Positions 1 to 7,285 of a DNA stretch of 14,850 nucleotides are shown here, in pieces. The stretch lies in contig JBFRWN010000136.1 in the NCBI GenBank assembly GCA_051439605.1, positions 1 to 14,850 on the forward strand. The letters are read 5' to 3'. Position numbers and translations under genes: made by a program. The notes below the pieces were generated by a model. It made no database searches. It was given only the letters and a program-made list of their open reading frames with translations, and was not told the DNA's origin. The first letter of the stretch is position 1. Each line of letters opens with the position of its first letter. The DNA comes from Synechococcus sp. Lineage in GTDB: Bacteria; Cyanobacteriota; Cyanobacteriia; Thermostichales; PCC-7336.

Positions 1-465
1 CTCTGGTTGGCCTGGGTGAGGGAGAAGCTCCTGCCGCTGGAACAGCTGTGGAAAAAATACCTCAGGCGCTTTGCCCTGGAACATTGGTATCGCTTGGCCA
101 AGCAGCGGTTACATTGGACCCTGCCGAAGGTGACCACTCACTCGGCGATGGATACCTGGAGCCACCTGATTGTGCTGATGAGTTGGCAATTGTGGCTGGC
201 TCGCGATGAGTGTAGCGACTCCCCCTTGCCTTGGCAGGTTGTCCAAGATAAGTTGTCTCCAGGCCGCGTGGCGCAAGCCTTTGCTGTAATTTTGGCCGCG
301 ATTGGCACACCGGCTAAAGTCCCCAAACCTCGTGGAAAAGCGCCGGGGTGGCCTCAAGACAAACCCCGCACGCCGAGGACTCGTTATCCGAACGTCAAAA
401 AACGAGCCTCTAAGCGCAAAAAATCAGTTCATTCACCTAGTTCTACTCAGCCCAGAGCGGCTTAA
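1..465 (+). CDS. C-terminal part of an IS4-superfamily (IS701/IS4-like) DDE transposase, 5'-truncated by the window edge
   Basis: Frame is open from base 1 (LWLAWV...). It contains the Y-x2-R-x3-E-x6-K signature (YLRRFALEHWYRLAK), followed by WQLWLAR...PLPWQ...SPGRV...IGTPA..PKPRGK.PGWP, typical of cyanobacterial IS transposases. Basic tail, TAA at 463-465. Confidence 0.88.
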   Translation, partial: LWLAWVREKLLPLEQLWKKYLRRFALEHWYRLAKQRLHWTLPKVTTHSAMDTWSHLIVLMSWQLWLARDECSDSPLPWQVVQDKLSPGRVAQAFAVILAAIGTPAKVPKPRGKAPGWPQDKPRTPRTRYPNVKKRASKRKKSVHSPSSTQPRAA

Positions 466-489
466 ACAGGGCAGAGCCCCTCAACGTTT

Positions 490-527
490 GTGAGCACTCA
501 GTCTCCTCAATGGGCTGAGTCACTTTC
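490..527 (+). terminator. Putative intrinsic terminator downstream of the transposase
   Basis: ACTCAG (496-501) pairs with CTGAGT (515-520), extended inward by TCT/GGG (two G-U pairs) and outward by GTG/CAC. Followed by TTTT (524-527). Confidence 0.5.
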
Positions 528-612
528 GTCTGCCTACTTACAGTAGACAGCTGAATTCAATTTCTTAAAACTGAAGTATCTCAGGTATCGAGAACCTAAC
601 AAAGCATGAATC

Positions 613-639
613 TTGCTGCCCTGACTGAGCTGGCAACAA
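613..639 (-). terminator. Hairpin just downstream of the small membrane ORF (possible 3' end of the panC-cmk/orf transcript)
   Basis: Minus strand reads TTGTTGCC-N11-GGCAGCAA, an 8-bp stem whose G-U pair forms only on the minus strand. The U-tract is weak. Confidence 0.35.
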
Positions 640-652
640 CAAATACATGGAA

Positions 653-853
653 CTATTGGATAGCAAATCGGGCAAGAAAAGCTTCGTAGAGTTTCCACAG
701 CTCAAATCCCACAAACGCCAACAAAATCCCTAGCGTTGCAATGCTCAATATCGGAATCTTGAGATTAAAAAGAGATGTTATGAATTGAATCGCAACCAGC
801 ACGAGGGCGATCGCCGCGAAGATTTGAATGGGAGTCACAGAACCCTCCGTCAT
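653..853 (-). CDS. Small hypothetical membrane protein (66 aa, two predicted TM helices)
   Basis: ATG at 853 (alternative TTG at 856). Two hydrophobic stretches: IQIFAAIALVLVAIQFITSLF and IPILSIATLGILLAFVGF. Same strand as panC-cmk, about 95 bp downstream of it. Confidence 0.6.
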   Translation of the reverse strand: MTEGSVTPIQIFAAIALVLVAIQFITSLFNLKIPILSIATLGILLAFVGFELWKLYEAFLARFAIQ

Positions 854-947
854 CAAGGCATAAGTTTGGATAGTCAGTTCAGTGTGACATGCATGACCGT
901 GTCGATACGCAGGTGTTCAACGGTGGAGATGCTGATAGTTTCGTGGA

Positions 948-2516
948 TTAGCCCAATTGGCGGTAAAGGTTTGCAATCTTTTCGACCACCTGCCTTTGAT
1001 TGAGACCGTCTGTGAAGACTTCGACAGCATCTTCAGCTTTTCTCAGGGGGCTAGCGGCCCGTTGACTATCTTTGCGATCGCGTTCTTGAATTTGCGTTTC
1101 TAACTGAGCTAATTCAACCGAAGTGCCTACTGCAGCTAAATCCAGTTGGCGACGGCGGGCCCGCTCTGCTGGAGAAGCGGTCAAAAAGATTTTCAACTTA
1201 GCATCGGGGAATACAACGGTCCCAATGTCTCGGCCTTCCATCACTACGCCCCCTTGCTTACCCATATCCTGCTGAACTCCCAGCAAAATCTGCCGTACCA
1301 TTGGGTGAGCGGACACCGCCGAAACATTGGCAGTAACCGAGCGAGAGCGAATCTCTTGCGTAACTTCTCGACCTCTGACCCATACCTTTGCAGGTTGGCT
1401 GCTATCAAGGCAGGGCTCAAAACGAATGTTTGCCGCAGCCGCTAAATCGGCTATGGCAATTTCGTCTGAAATATCGGCAGCACTTTCCAATGCCAGCCAG
1501 GTAACAGCGCGGTAGAGAGCACCCGTATCTAAGTAAAGCAAGTCAAGCGCTCCAGCGAGTTGGCGAGCGACTGTGGATTTTCCTGCCCCAGCAGGTCCAT
1601 CAATAGCCAAAATGGGTTTGCGAGAGAAAGCCAAGCGCACATTGTCAATCAATCGGGTTGTGCCCACTGTCGCAGCTACAGCCATTAGTCCAACCTGGGA
1701 AATTTCTGTCAAAGGTTTAAGCGTATCGGGGTGAACCACGTCTATATACTGCACGTGGAGCTCCAGTTGGCTATCGTACACCGACTTTGCCACCTGTCGC
1801 AGGACATTTGTACGATATTCTCCTTTTTCAAACAGTTTTTGGGCTGCAAACAGCCCCTGCGAGAGCGTTAAGGCTACTTCTCGCTCCTGAGGAGTCAGAT
1901 ACTGGTTTCGAGAACTGAGGGCTAGCCCATCGGGATCGCGCACAATAGGGCAGCCCACGATCTGTATGGGAAGGCTAAAGTCCTTTACCATTTGTCGAAT
2001 TAGGGCCAGTTGCTGAGCATCCTTCTGACCAAAGTAGGCTCGATTTGGCTGCACAATATTCAGCAGCTTGAGCACAATGGTCAATACTCCTTCAAAGTGC
2101 CCCACTCGCCAAGGTCCACATAGTTGGCTTAACGCTGCTGCAGGTGGGATCGCCTGCGTCACCTCCTGCAAGCTTTGCCCGGATAGTAAAGATGAGGGGT
2201 CGGGGGTAAACACGGCATGAACCCCTGCCGAGCGACAGATTTCGAGATCCTGTTCCAATTGTCGCGGGTACCGATCGAGATCCTCGTGCGGCCCAAACTG
2301 TAACGGGTTGACGAAAATACTCACAATTGCACGATCGCACTCTGCCGTCGCCCGCTCGATCAGGCTGATGTGCCCCTCATGCAAGGCACCCATTGTCGGG
2401 ACAAATCCGACTACTAGGGGCCTGATGGTGCGTTGGGAGGCGTTGCCATCTTCGAGAATGGCGCGGTTACGAGAAACGAATGCCCGCAAAACTTTACTGG
2501 AGCGAACCCGATGCAT
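948..2516 (-). CDS. panC/cmk: Bifunctional pantoate--beta-alanine ligase / cytidylate kinase (PanC/Cmk)
   Basis: PanC motifs VPTMGALHEGH, SIFVNPLQF, YFGQKDAQQ, DGLALSSRN and TRLIDN. Cmk motifs AIDGPAGAGKST (P-loop), LDTGALYRA and EGRDIGTVVFPDA. The fusion is characteristic of cyanobacteria. ATG at 2516 (alternative TTG at 2519). Confidence 0.97.
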   Translation of the reverse strand: MHRVRSSKVLRAFVSRNRAILEDGNASQRTIRPLVVGFVPTMGALHEGHISLIERATAECDRAIVSIFVNPLQFGPHEDLDRYPRQLEQDLEICRSAGVHAVFTPDPSSLLSGQSLQEVTQAIPPAAALSQLCGPWRVGHFEGVLTIVLKLLNIVQPNRAYFGQKDAQQLALIRQMVKDFSLPIQIVGCPIVRDPDGLALSSRNQYLTPQEREVALTLSQGLFAAQKLFEKGEYRTNVLRQVAKSVYDSQLELHVQYIDVVHPDTLKPLTEISQVGLMAVAATVGTTRLIDNVRLAFSRKPILAIDGPAGAGKSTVARQLAGALDLLYLDTGALYRAVTWLALESAADISDEIAIADLAAAANIRFEPCLDSSQPAKVWVRGREVTQEIRSRSVTANVSAVSAHPMVRQILLGVQQDMGKQGGVVMEGRDIGTVVFPDAKLKIFLTASPAERARRRQLDLAAVGTSVELAQLETQIQERDRKDSQRAASPLRKAEDAVEVFTDGLNQRQVVEKIANLYRQLG

Positions 2517-2572
2517 CAATCGCCTTTAAAACTATTGCTGGGAATAAGGTTTTCAGTGAAACAGTTTTCAGT

Positions 2573-2614
2573 AAAAAACCACTCTGAATAAGGGTCACAG
2601 CCCCAGAGTGGTTT
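2573..2614 (-). terminator. Intrinsic terminator after petG
   Basis: Perfect 11-bp inverted repeat AAACCACTCTG (2576-2586) / CAGAGTGGTTT (2604-2614) with an inner GGG/CCC. The minus strand runs into T6 (2578-2573). Confidence 0.7.
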
Positions 2615-2668
2615 GTCAAATTAAAATGGAGTATTGAACTAACGGCTGTCAGCGGTGACTGGTTTGCG

Positions 2669-2782
2669 TTACAGGCCGAAGGTGTTACTGCGACGATACT
2701 GGGTGTAAGCAGCGACAAACAGGCCGGTCAAGGTTACCAAAACCATGCCCAATACAATTCCTAGAAGTAGCGGCTCAATCAT
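2669..2782 (-). CDS. petG: Cytochrome b6f complex subunit V (PetG), 37 aa
   Basis: Manual translation gives [37 protein letters not shown], matching the PetG pattern (M.EPLL.GIVLG....TL.GLF..AY.QY.R). AGGGAG Shine-Dalgarno at 2793-2788. Too short for the supplied ORF track. Confidence 0.97.
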   Translation of the reverse strand: MIEPLLLGIVLGMVLVTLTGLFVAAYTQYRRSNTFGL

Positions 2783-2880
2783 TTTTACTCCCTTTTATCA
2801 ATGCAATCTAAAAAATCTCTTCTGTAGCGTAACCTATTAGCCGTATTTCTAAAATGCACTAGCCCCAATTTATTGAGCCT

Positions 2881-2909
2881 TGGCACTCATCCTTGAGTGG
2901 TGAGTGCCA
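2881..2909. repeat. Perfect 9-bp inverted repeat TGGCACTCA-N11-TGAGTGCCA (CIRCE-like arms, non-canonical spacing)
   Basis: Seen directly in the sequence; function unknown. Confidence 0.6.
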
Positions 2910-2934
2910 TTGAAATGGTTTAGAAGACCGCTTC

Positions 2935-3086
2935 GAGATCGTTTCTTCGGACACTCGCCCCACCCCTAAATTGCTTTGTCCTGGACGAGTGGAATTGAGC
3001 GGAGGTATCGAACTCCATCATCCACCACAATGACGCACTTTCCGATCGCGTCTCCCGATCGGTTCGTTACTGTCGCCAAGATCCCC
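2935..3086 (-). ncRNA. Candidate structured RNA or long 5' leader upstream of petG (unassigned family)
   Basis: Clustered stems at 2952-2960/2983-2991, 3001-3004/3013-3016, 3032-3037/3047-3052 and 3042-3048/3056-3062, plus a possible closing stem 2944-2953/3071-3081. No recognisable protein in any frame. Confidence 0.3.
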
Positions 3087-3251
3087 AACGAGTCGATAGA
3101 GTTATCTCAATATCTCAATATTCTCTTTATGTTTTGAATAAAAACTGCTGCTGTCTGCCTATGACGCAATCCATAGGGATCGGGCTCTCAGAAAGGAGTG
3201 AATTCTTAACAGGGATAGAAATCTTGAGGCCCAATTCCGGCGGAAGTGGCC

Positions 3252-3260
3252 TGTTATCAT
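3252..3260 (+). promoter_or_regulatory. Putative extended -10 (TGtTATCAT) for the thioredoxin gene
   Basis: TGn-TAnnnT about 30 bp upstream of the start. AGGAG at 3285-3289. Confidence 0.4.
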
Positions 3261-3289
3261 GATCCCAACCAAACCTGAATTTGTAGGAG

Positions 3290-3631
3290 TTGGCTACCTT
3301 GCATTTACAAGATTCAGCATTTAAGTCCGTTGTTTTAACGAAGCCTTACACATTAATTAGTTTTGGTGCCTCCTGGTGTCGCCTGTGCGATCTGCTACAG
3401 CCAGCGCTGAATCGCGTAGTTGCTGAATGGAACGAAACAGTTGATTTATTGACTGTGGATGTGGACCTGGATTGGAGGCTGGCCCGCCAATACCGGATTC
3501 GTTCGCTCCCAACCCTCTTGCTGGTGGGTCAAGATGGCACCGTGGTACAGCGCATCAATCATTTTCGTAACCGGGAAGATATGCTGCGCCAGTGCGAGGT
3601 GCTCGTACAGGCGCACCTGCTTCAGACCTAA
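3290..3631 (+). CDS. Atypical thioredoxin-family protein, cyanobacterial TrxC-like (WCRLC active site)
   Basis: Trx fold motifs F.A.WCxxC, LTVDVD...LARQY.IRSLPTLLL (cis-Pro) and VVQRI..F..RE. TTG start at 3290, or at 3299 given the AGGAG spacing. Confidence 0.85.
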   Translation: MATLHLQDSAFKSVVLTKPYTLISFGASWCRLCDLLQPALNRVVAEWNETVDLLTVDVDLDWRLARQYRIRSLPTLLLVGQDGTVVQRINHFRNREDMLRQCEVLVQAHLLQT

Positions 3632-3659
3632 TCAGCCATGGGCTGTACCTAAAATCCTC

Positions 3660-3693
3660 AGGCGGTGCCTTGTAGTATCAGTACCGCCTTTAT
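3660..3693 (+). terminator. Hairpin terminator between the convergent thioredoxin gene and moaB
   Basis: AGGCGGTGC (3660-3668) / GTACCGCCT (3681-3689), a 9-bp stem with one G-U pair, followed by TTAT. Confidence 0.6.
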
Positions 3694-3732
3694 CAATGTG
3701 AATGTTACATTCGACGCATTGGCTCGTCCGTT

Positions 3733-4281
3733 TTATTCAGGTTTTACATCGTGATGTTCTTCTAAACGAGTCATGATGTCGACTAAATTGCAGGGACGAT
3801 AGCGACTGTCTAATTGATATTGCAATAGATCTTCCCAGGCATCGCGGCAGGCACTTGTGGACCCCGGCAGCGCAAACAAGTAAGTTCCCTGAGTAACCCC
3901 TGCCGTAGCTCGCGACTGCAGAGCAGAAGTTCCTATTTGCTGGTAGCTCAACATGCGAAAAATTTCCCCAAATCCGGGGATCTCTTTTTCGTAGAGGGAA
4001 TGGAATGCCTCGGGGGTGACATCCCTCCCCGTCAGTCCCGTTCCCCCGGTGGAAATAATCACCTGAACTGCGGGATCTGCCAGCCAACTTTTGAGTTGCT
4101 GCACGATTGCCTCAAAATCGTCTGTTACGATTTGACGCTCGACAACGCTGTGACCAGCCCCAGTTGCTAAATCAACGAGAGTTTGCCCAGAGCGATCGGT
4201 CTCTAGAGTGCGGCTGTCGGAGACAGTCAAAATTGCGATGTTAACAGGATGAAAGGTCCGGGATTTGTCTATACCAGCCAT
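3733..4281 (-). CDS. moaB: Molybdenum cofactor biosynthesis protein B (MogA/MoaB family)
   Basis: Motifs LTVSDSR..ETDRSG, STGGTGLTGRDVTPEA, IPGFGE.FR, QSRA.AG, LPGS and C-terminal QLD.R.RPCN. Confidence 0.95.
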   Translation of the reverse strand: MAGIDKSRTFHPVNIAILTVSDSRTLETDRSGQTLVDLATGAGHSVVERQIVTDDFEAIVQQLKSWLADPAVQVIISTGGTGLTGRDVTPEAFHSLYEKEIPGFGEIFRMLSYQQIGTSALQSRATAGVTQGTYLFALPGSTSACRDAWEDLLQYQLDSRYRPCNLVDIMTRLEEHHDVKPE

Positions 4282-4321
4282 GTCAATTCAGAGTTGAGCA
4301 AACGTATCGCCAGACTATCCT

Positions 4322-5137
4322 TCATCCATAAGTGCCACCAGTTTCCCAAGCCAAGGGTGATGAGGGTGCAGGGGGGGATGGTTGCTCAAAATTGCGATCG
4401 ACCATTAGGGCCGATTGGATTTCGCGATCGAAATGGTAACGAATGCTTTTCCGAAGCAGATGCTCGATCTCCCGCCAGGCTTTGAGGTCAACATCAAGAG
4501 CTGTGGGTAATTCAGGACTTGGCAGCAGTTTCAGAACGGTTCTGAGGGCAGGGGCAAGCACCTTTCGCTGCATGGGGCGCTGTCGAGCGATGCAGTGTTG
4601 ACAAGCGACCCCCCCTGCATCGGGGCTAAACGACCATTCGGTCGTGCCAGGACAGTCGGAGCAGGGGCGCACTTGGGGGGCAAGTCCAGCAATGGCCAAG
4701 AGGTGATACAACCCGTGGACTAATAGGGGGATTGGGCTGGTGGCAGTAGGCGATCGCTCTAGGCGTTCTAAGTGCTCCAGCAGCACTAGAAATAGTGCTT
4801 CTTGAGGTTGCTCTGAAAGGGCCTGATACAGCACTACTTCGGCCCAGTATTGGGCCACCGTTAACTTAGCCAGGCTAGAGCGCAGGTGCGAGAAATTCTG
4901 CACCATATCTGCTTGCGAAATGCGATCGAGCGAGCGCCCTTCTGTTACCTCGAGTTGATTGATGGCAAACAGTTCCGTCCGTCCCCCTAACAGGGATTTT
5001 TGTTGGCGTGCTCCAGAAGCGACCGCTCGAATCAAACCCCGTTCGGGGGTCAAGATCGTCATAATGCGATCGGCTTCTCCTAGCGGTATGACCTTGAGGT
5101 TAATGCCGGTGGCTCGATAGATGCGGCGTTGTCCCAT
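4322..5137 (-). CDS. recO: DNA repair protein RecO
   Basis: N-terminal OB fold (ATGINLK..PLGEADRIMTILTPERGLIRAVASGAR, LGGRTELF, GRSLDRISQA), a C4 zinc finger (CSDC...GGVACQHC) and C-terminal YHFDREIQS. Confidence 0.93.
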   Translation of the reverse strand: MGQRRIYRATGINLKVIPLGEADRIMTILTPERGLIRAVASGARQQKSLLGGRTELFAINQLEVTEGRSLDRISQADMVQNFSHLRSSLAKLTVAQYWAEVVLYQALSEQPQEALFLVLLEHLERLERSPTATSPIPLLVHGLYHLLAIAGLAPQVRPCSDCPGTTEWSFSPDAGGVACQHCIARQRPMQRKVLAPALRTVLKLLPSPELPTALDVDLKAWREIEHLLRKSIRYHFDREIQSALMVDRNFEQPSPPAPSSPLAWETGGTYG

Positions 5138-5448
5138 CAGTGGCCTCGATCCATGAGGAAAAGATTCTGTGGGGGAAGAGGATATTCATCCTAAGCGATC
5201 TCTGCTCAACACAGATCCGCCTATCGGTGTGTCTTCAGGAAATATACTCTGTGGAGCCAGCCAGTTGAATTGCTGGCCGTCTAGCCAGTGGCCCCCCTTC
5301 GGCTCGCTGGCAAGTGCCCTAGTACTCTGTCAGCTTAGAAATGAGGGATAGATAAACTGTGGAAAGCTTGCGAGGTATGCTTTTCCTAGAAATACTAGCC
5401 ATCAAAACAAACTTGACAGGGTACTAGCCAGGGAGAGAGAGAGCGGCC

Positions 5449-7077
5449 TTAAAAGATGCCTGGGACCTCCGTTTGAGAGAGAAGGGCCTGTAAGCGATCG
5501 CGATGTTTGTCTTCGGGAATACGCCGGTAGGCCAGCGCTAGATCGGCCAGCTTGTGTTCGAGGGCAGAGTCCAGCATGTTAGCAGTGAAGCGCCACTGCC
5601 AGTTATCGGTCACAGTGGATGGCAAGTTCATGCGGGCATCGCGGTTCAGTCCCAGCACATCCTGCAGAGGCAGAATGGCAAGATTTGCAACGGAACTCAG
5701 GGCTAAGCGATTAAAATCCCAATGAATACCGTCGGCCCGAATCTCTTCTATTGAGGCATACCCCAAATATCGCAGCACGTTGTGGTGGGCGTGAGGGGAA
5801 ATAGCTTCGCCCCTTTCGTCGGTGTCGGCAAAAAACCAGCCCACCATTGTGTCGTTGTCGTGGGTACCGGTATAAACCACACTATTGCGGACGTAATTAA
5901 AGGGAAGGTAAGGATTATCGGCATTATCCCCAAAGGCAAATTGCAGGATTCGCATGCCCGGAAATTCAAATCGATCCCGCAAAGCTTCCACTTCGGGGGT
6001 GATCACCCCCAAGTCCTCTGCCACGATGGGGAGTTGGCCGAGGCGATCTCGTAATATTTCGAAAAAGTGTTCTCCTGGACCTGTCACCCACTTGCCGTTA
6101 ATCGCCGTGTCTTCGCCATCGGGGACCGACCAGTAGGCTTCGAAGGCTCGAAAATGATCGATACGGACAATATCAACGTACTTGAGCAGATGTTGGAAGC
6201 GAAAAATCCACCAGTCGTAGTCCCGCTCCTTTAATACATCCCAGCGGTACAGGGGATTTCCCCACAGTTGCCCGGTACGGCTGAAGTAGTCGGGGGGAAC
6301 CCCTGCCACTTGTTCCGGCGCTCCTGTTTCATCCAGAAAAAACAACTCGCGATTGGCCCATACATCGGCGCTGTTAAACGCCACGTAAATAGGAATGTCC
6401 CCAAAAAATTTGACTCCATGTTTAGCAGCATAGTTCTTGAGTGCCAGCCATTGGCGGGCAAACAAAAATTCCACAAAGCGGCGATACTGTAGCTCTTCTG
6501 CATAGCGTTCTTGAAACAGGGCGATCGCCCCCGGCTGCCGCTGCGCAATGCTATAGCCTTTAACATCTTCCCAATCAACCCAAGATTCACCTTGGTTTTC
6601 AGCCAGCACCACTGCAAAGAGAATGTAATCCTCTAGCCAAGCTGCTTCATCTTTGCAAAACTGCGAAAATTCTTGCTGCTGTTCCAATGTGGCTTGGGCT
6701 TGAAAGCTTTGGAATGCTGCGCGGATCAGCTTACGCTTGAGTCGAATCGTCGTCCCGTAGTCGACTAAACCAGCAAACTGTGTCTGTATTTGCTGCCACT
6801 CTTCTGTGGTTTCCCAGTCGGATGGGGATAGCCACCTTTCTTGGGCTAGCAGTTCGGGGCTAATCAAGAGAGGGTTTCCGGCCATCGCCGAAAAGCAGGC
6901 GTAGGGGGAGTTGCCATAGCCTGTCGGGCCGAGGGGCAAAATTTGCCAGATGCTTTGTCCGCTGCGGACTAGAAAATCAACAAACTGGTAGGCGGTAGGT
7001 CCCATGTCACCGATGCCAAACGGACCTGGCAGCGAAGTTGGGTGCAATAGAATCCCGCTGGCACGTTCGAACCGCAT
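5449..7077 (-). CDS. malQ: 4-alpha-glucanotransferase (amylomaltase, GH77)
   Basis: Motifs RASGILLHPTSLPG, WQILPLGPT, GDIPIYV, AGVPPDYFS.TGQLWGNPLY, RIDHFRAF, IVAEDLG, YTGTHDNDT and ARMN.P. ATG at 7077 preferred over GTG at 7092. Confidence 0.97.
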   Translation of the reverse strand: MRFERASGILLHPTSLPGPFGIGDMGPTAYQFVDFLVRSGQSIWQILPLGPTGYGNSPYACFSAMAGNPLLISPELLAQERWLSPSDWETTEEWQQIQTQFAGLVDYGTTIRLKRKLIRAAFQSFQAQATLEQQQEFSQFCKDEAAWLEDYILFAVVLAENQGESWVDWEDVKGYSIAQRQPGAIALFQERYAEELQYRRFVEFLFARQWLALKNYAAKHGVKFFGDIPIYVAFNSADVWANRELFFLDETGAPEQVAGVPPDYFSRTGQLWGNPLYRWDVLKERDYDWWIFRFQHLLKYVDIVRIDHFRAFEAYWSVPDGEDTAINGKWVTGPGEHFFEILRDRLGQLPIVAEDLGVITPEVEALRDRFEFPGMRILQFAFGDNADNPYLPFNYVRNSVVYTGTHDNDTMVGWFFADTDERGEAISPHAHHNVLRYLGYASIEEIRADGIHWDFNRLALSSVANLAILPLQDVLGLNRDARMNLPSTVTDNWQWRFTANMLDSALEHKLADLALAYRRIPEDKHRDRLQALLSQTEVPGIF

Positions 7078-7285
7078 GTTGGTGACCTGCACTGTTTTGC
7101 TTTCTCAGCAGAAGTTTAGCGCCGCAAGATTCACAATGGCGGTTTTATCGACAGTTCCGATCAAAAAAAATCCGAGCCACGCGATCGTGCCCCAGCCGAC
7201 TCAAGCAGAGTATTTTTAACCCTTTCTGACGGTTAGCCTCTGGGGGCAAAATTGACCATTGCAAGCGTCCTGGCAATCAATCTCA

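Larger units (their letters stand above)
1..576 (+). mobile_element. Right end of an insertion sequence; putative terminal inverted repeat ending near 576 (TTCTTAAAACTGAAG)
   Basis: Transposase followed by ~110 bp of non-coding DNA. The end motif resembles termini I recall for this cyanobacterial IS group. The left end and target duplication are outside the window, so the boundary is inferred. Confidence 0.5.

Noticed and set aside
2494..2718. 74-aa ORF in the track
   Set aside because: It overlaps petG out of frame and runs through its terminator.
2989..3020. tRNA/tmRNA-like 3' end (minus strand GGAGTTCGATACCTCC...TCCAC)
   Set aside because: The T-stem and acceptor geometry do not fit, and there is no matching 5' acceptor strand, cloverleaf or tag reading frame.
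3012..3029. Yfr1-like motif ACTCCATCATCCACCACA near a thioredoxin gene
   Set aside because: The conserved Yfr1 motif ACTCCTCACAC is not present, there is no U-tailed terminator, and the neighbour is not trxA.
3030..3137. 35-aa plus-strand ORF (MTHFPIASPDR...), and a 40-codon TTG-start minus-strand ORF nearby
   Set aside because: No Shine-Dalgarno or recognisable motif, and the lengths are expected by chance.
3150..3195. TPP-riboswitch-like CTGAGA on the minus strand
   Set aside because: It lacks the downstream ACCTGA...TAATGC...GCG core, and no thiamine gene follows. Only a simple hairpin (3158-3177) is present.
3695..3711. Palindrome AATGTGA-ATG-TTACATT resembling a CRP/NtcA site
   Set aside because: Wrong spacing for both regulators, and it lies between convergent gene ends.
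5169..5351. 60-aa intergenic ORF between recO and malQ
   Set aside because: GTG start, no family features, and it crosses the hairpin pair; unsupported.
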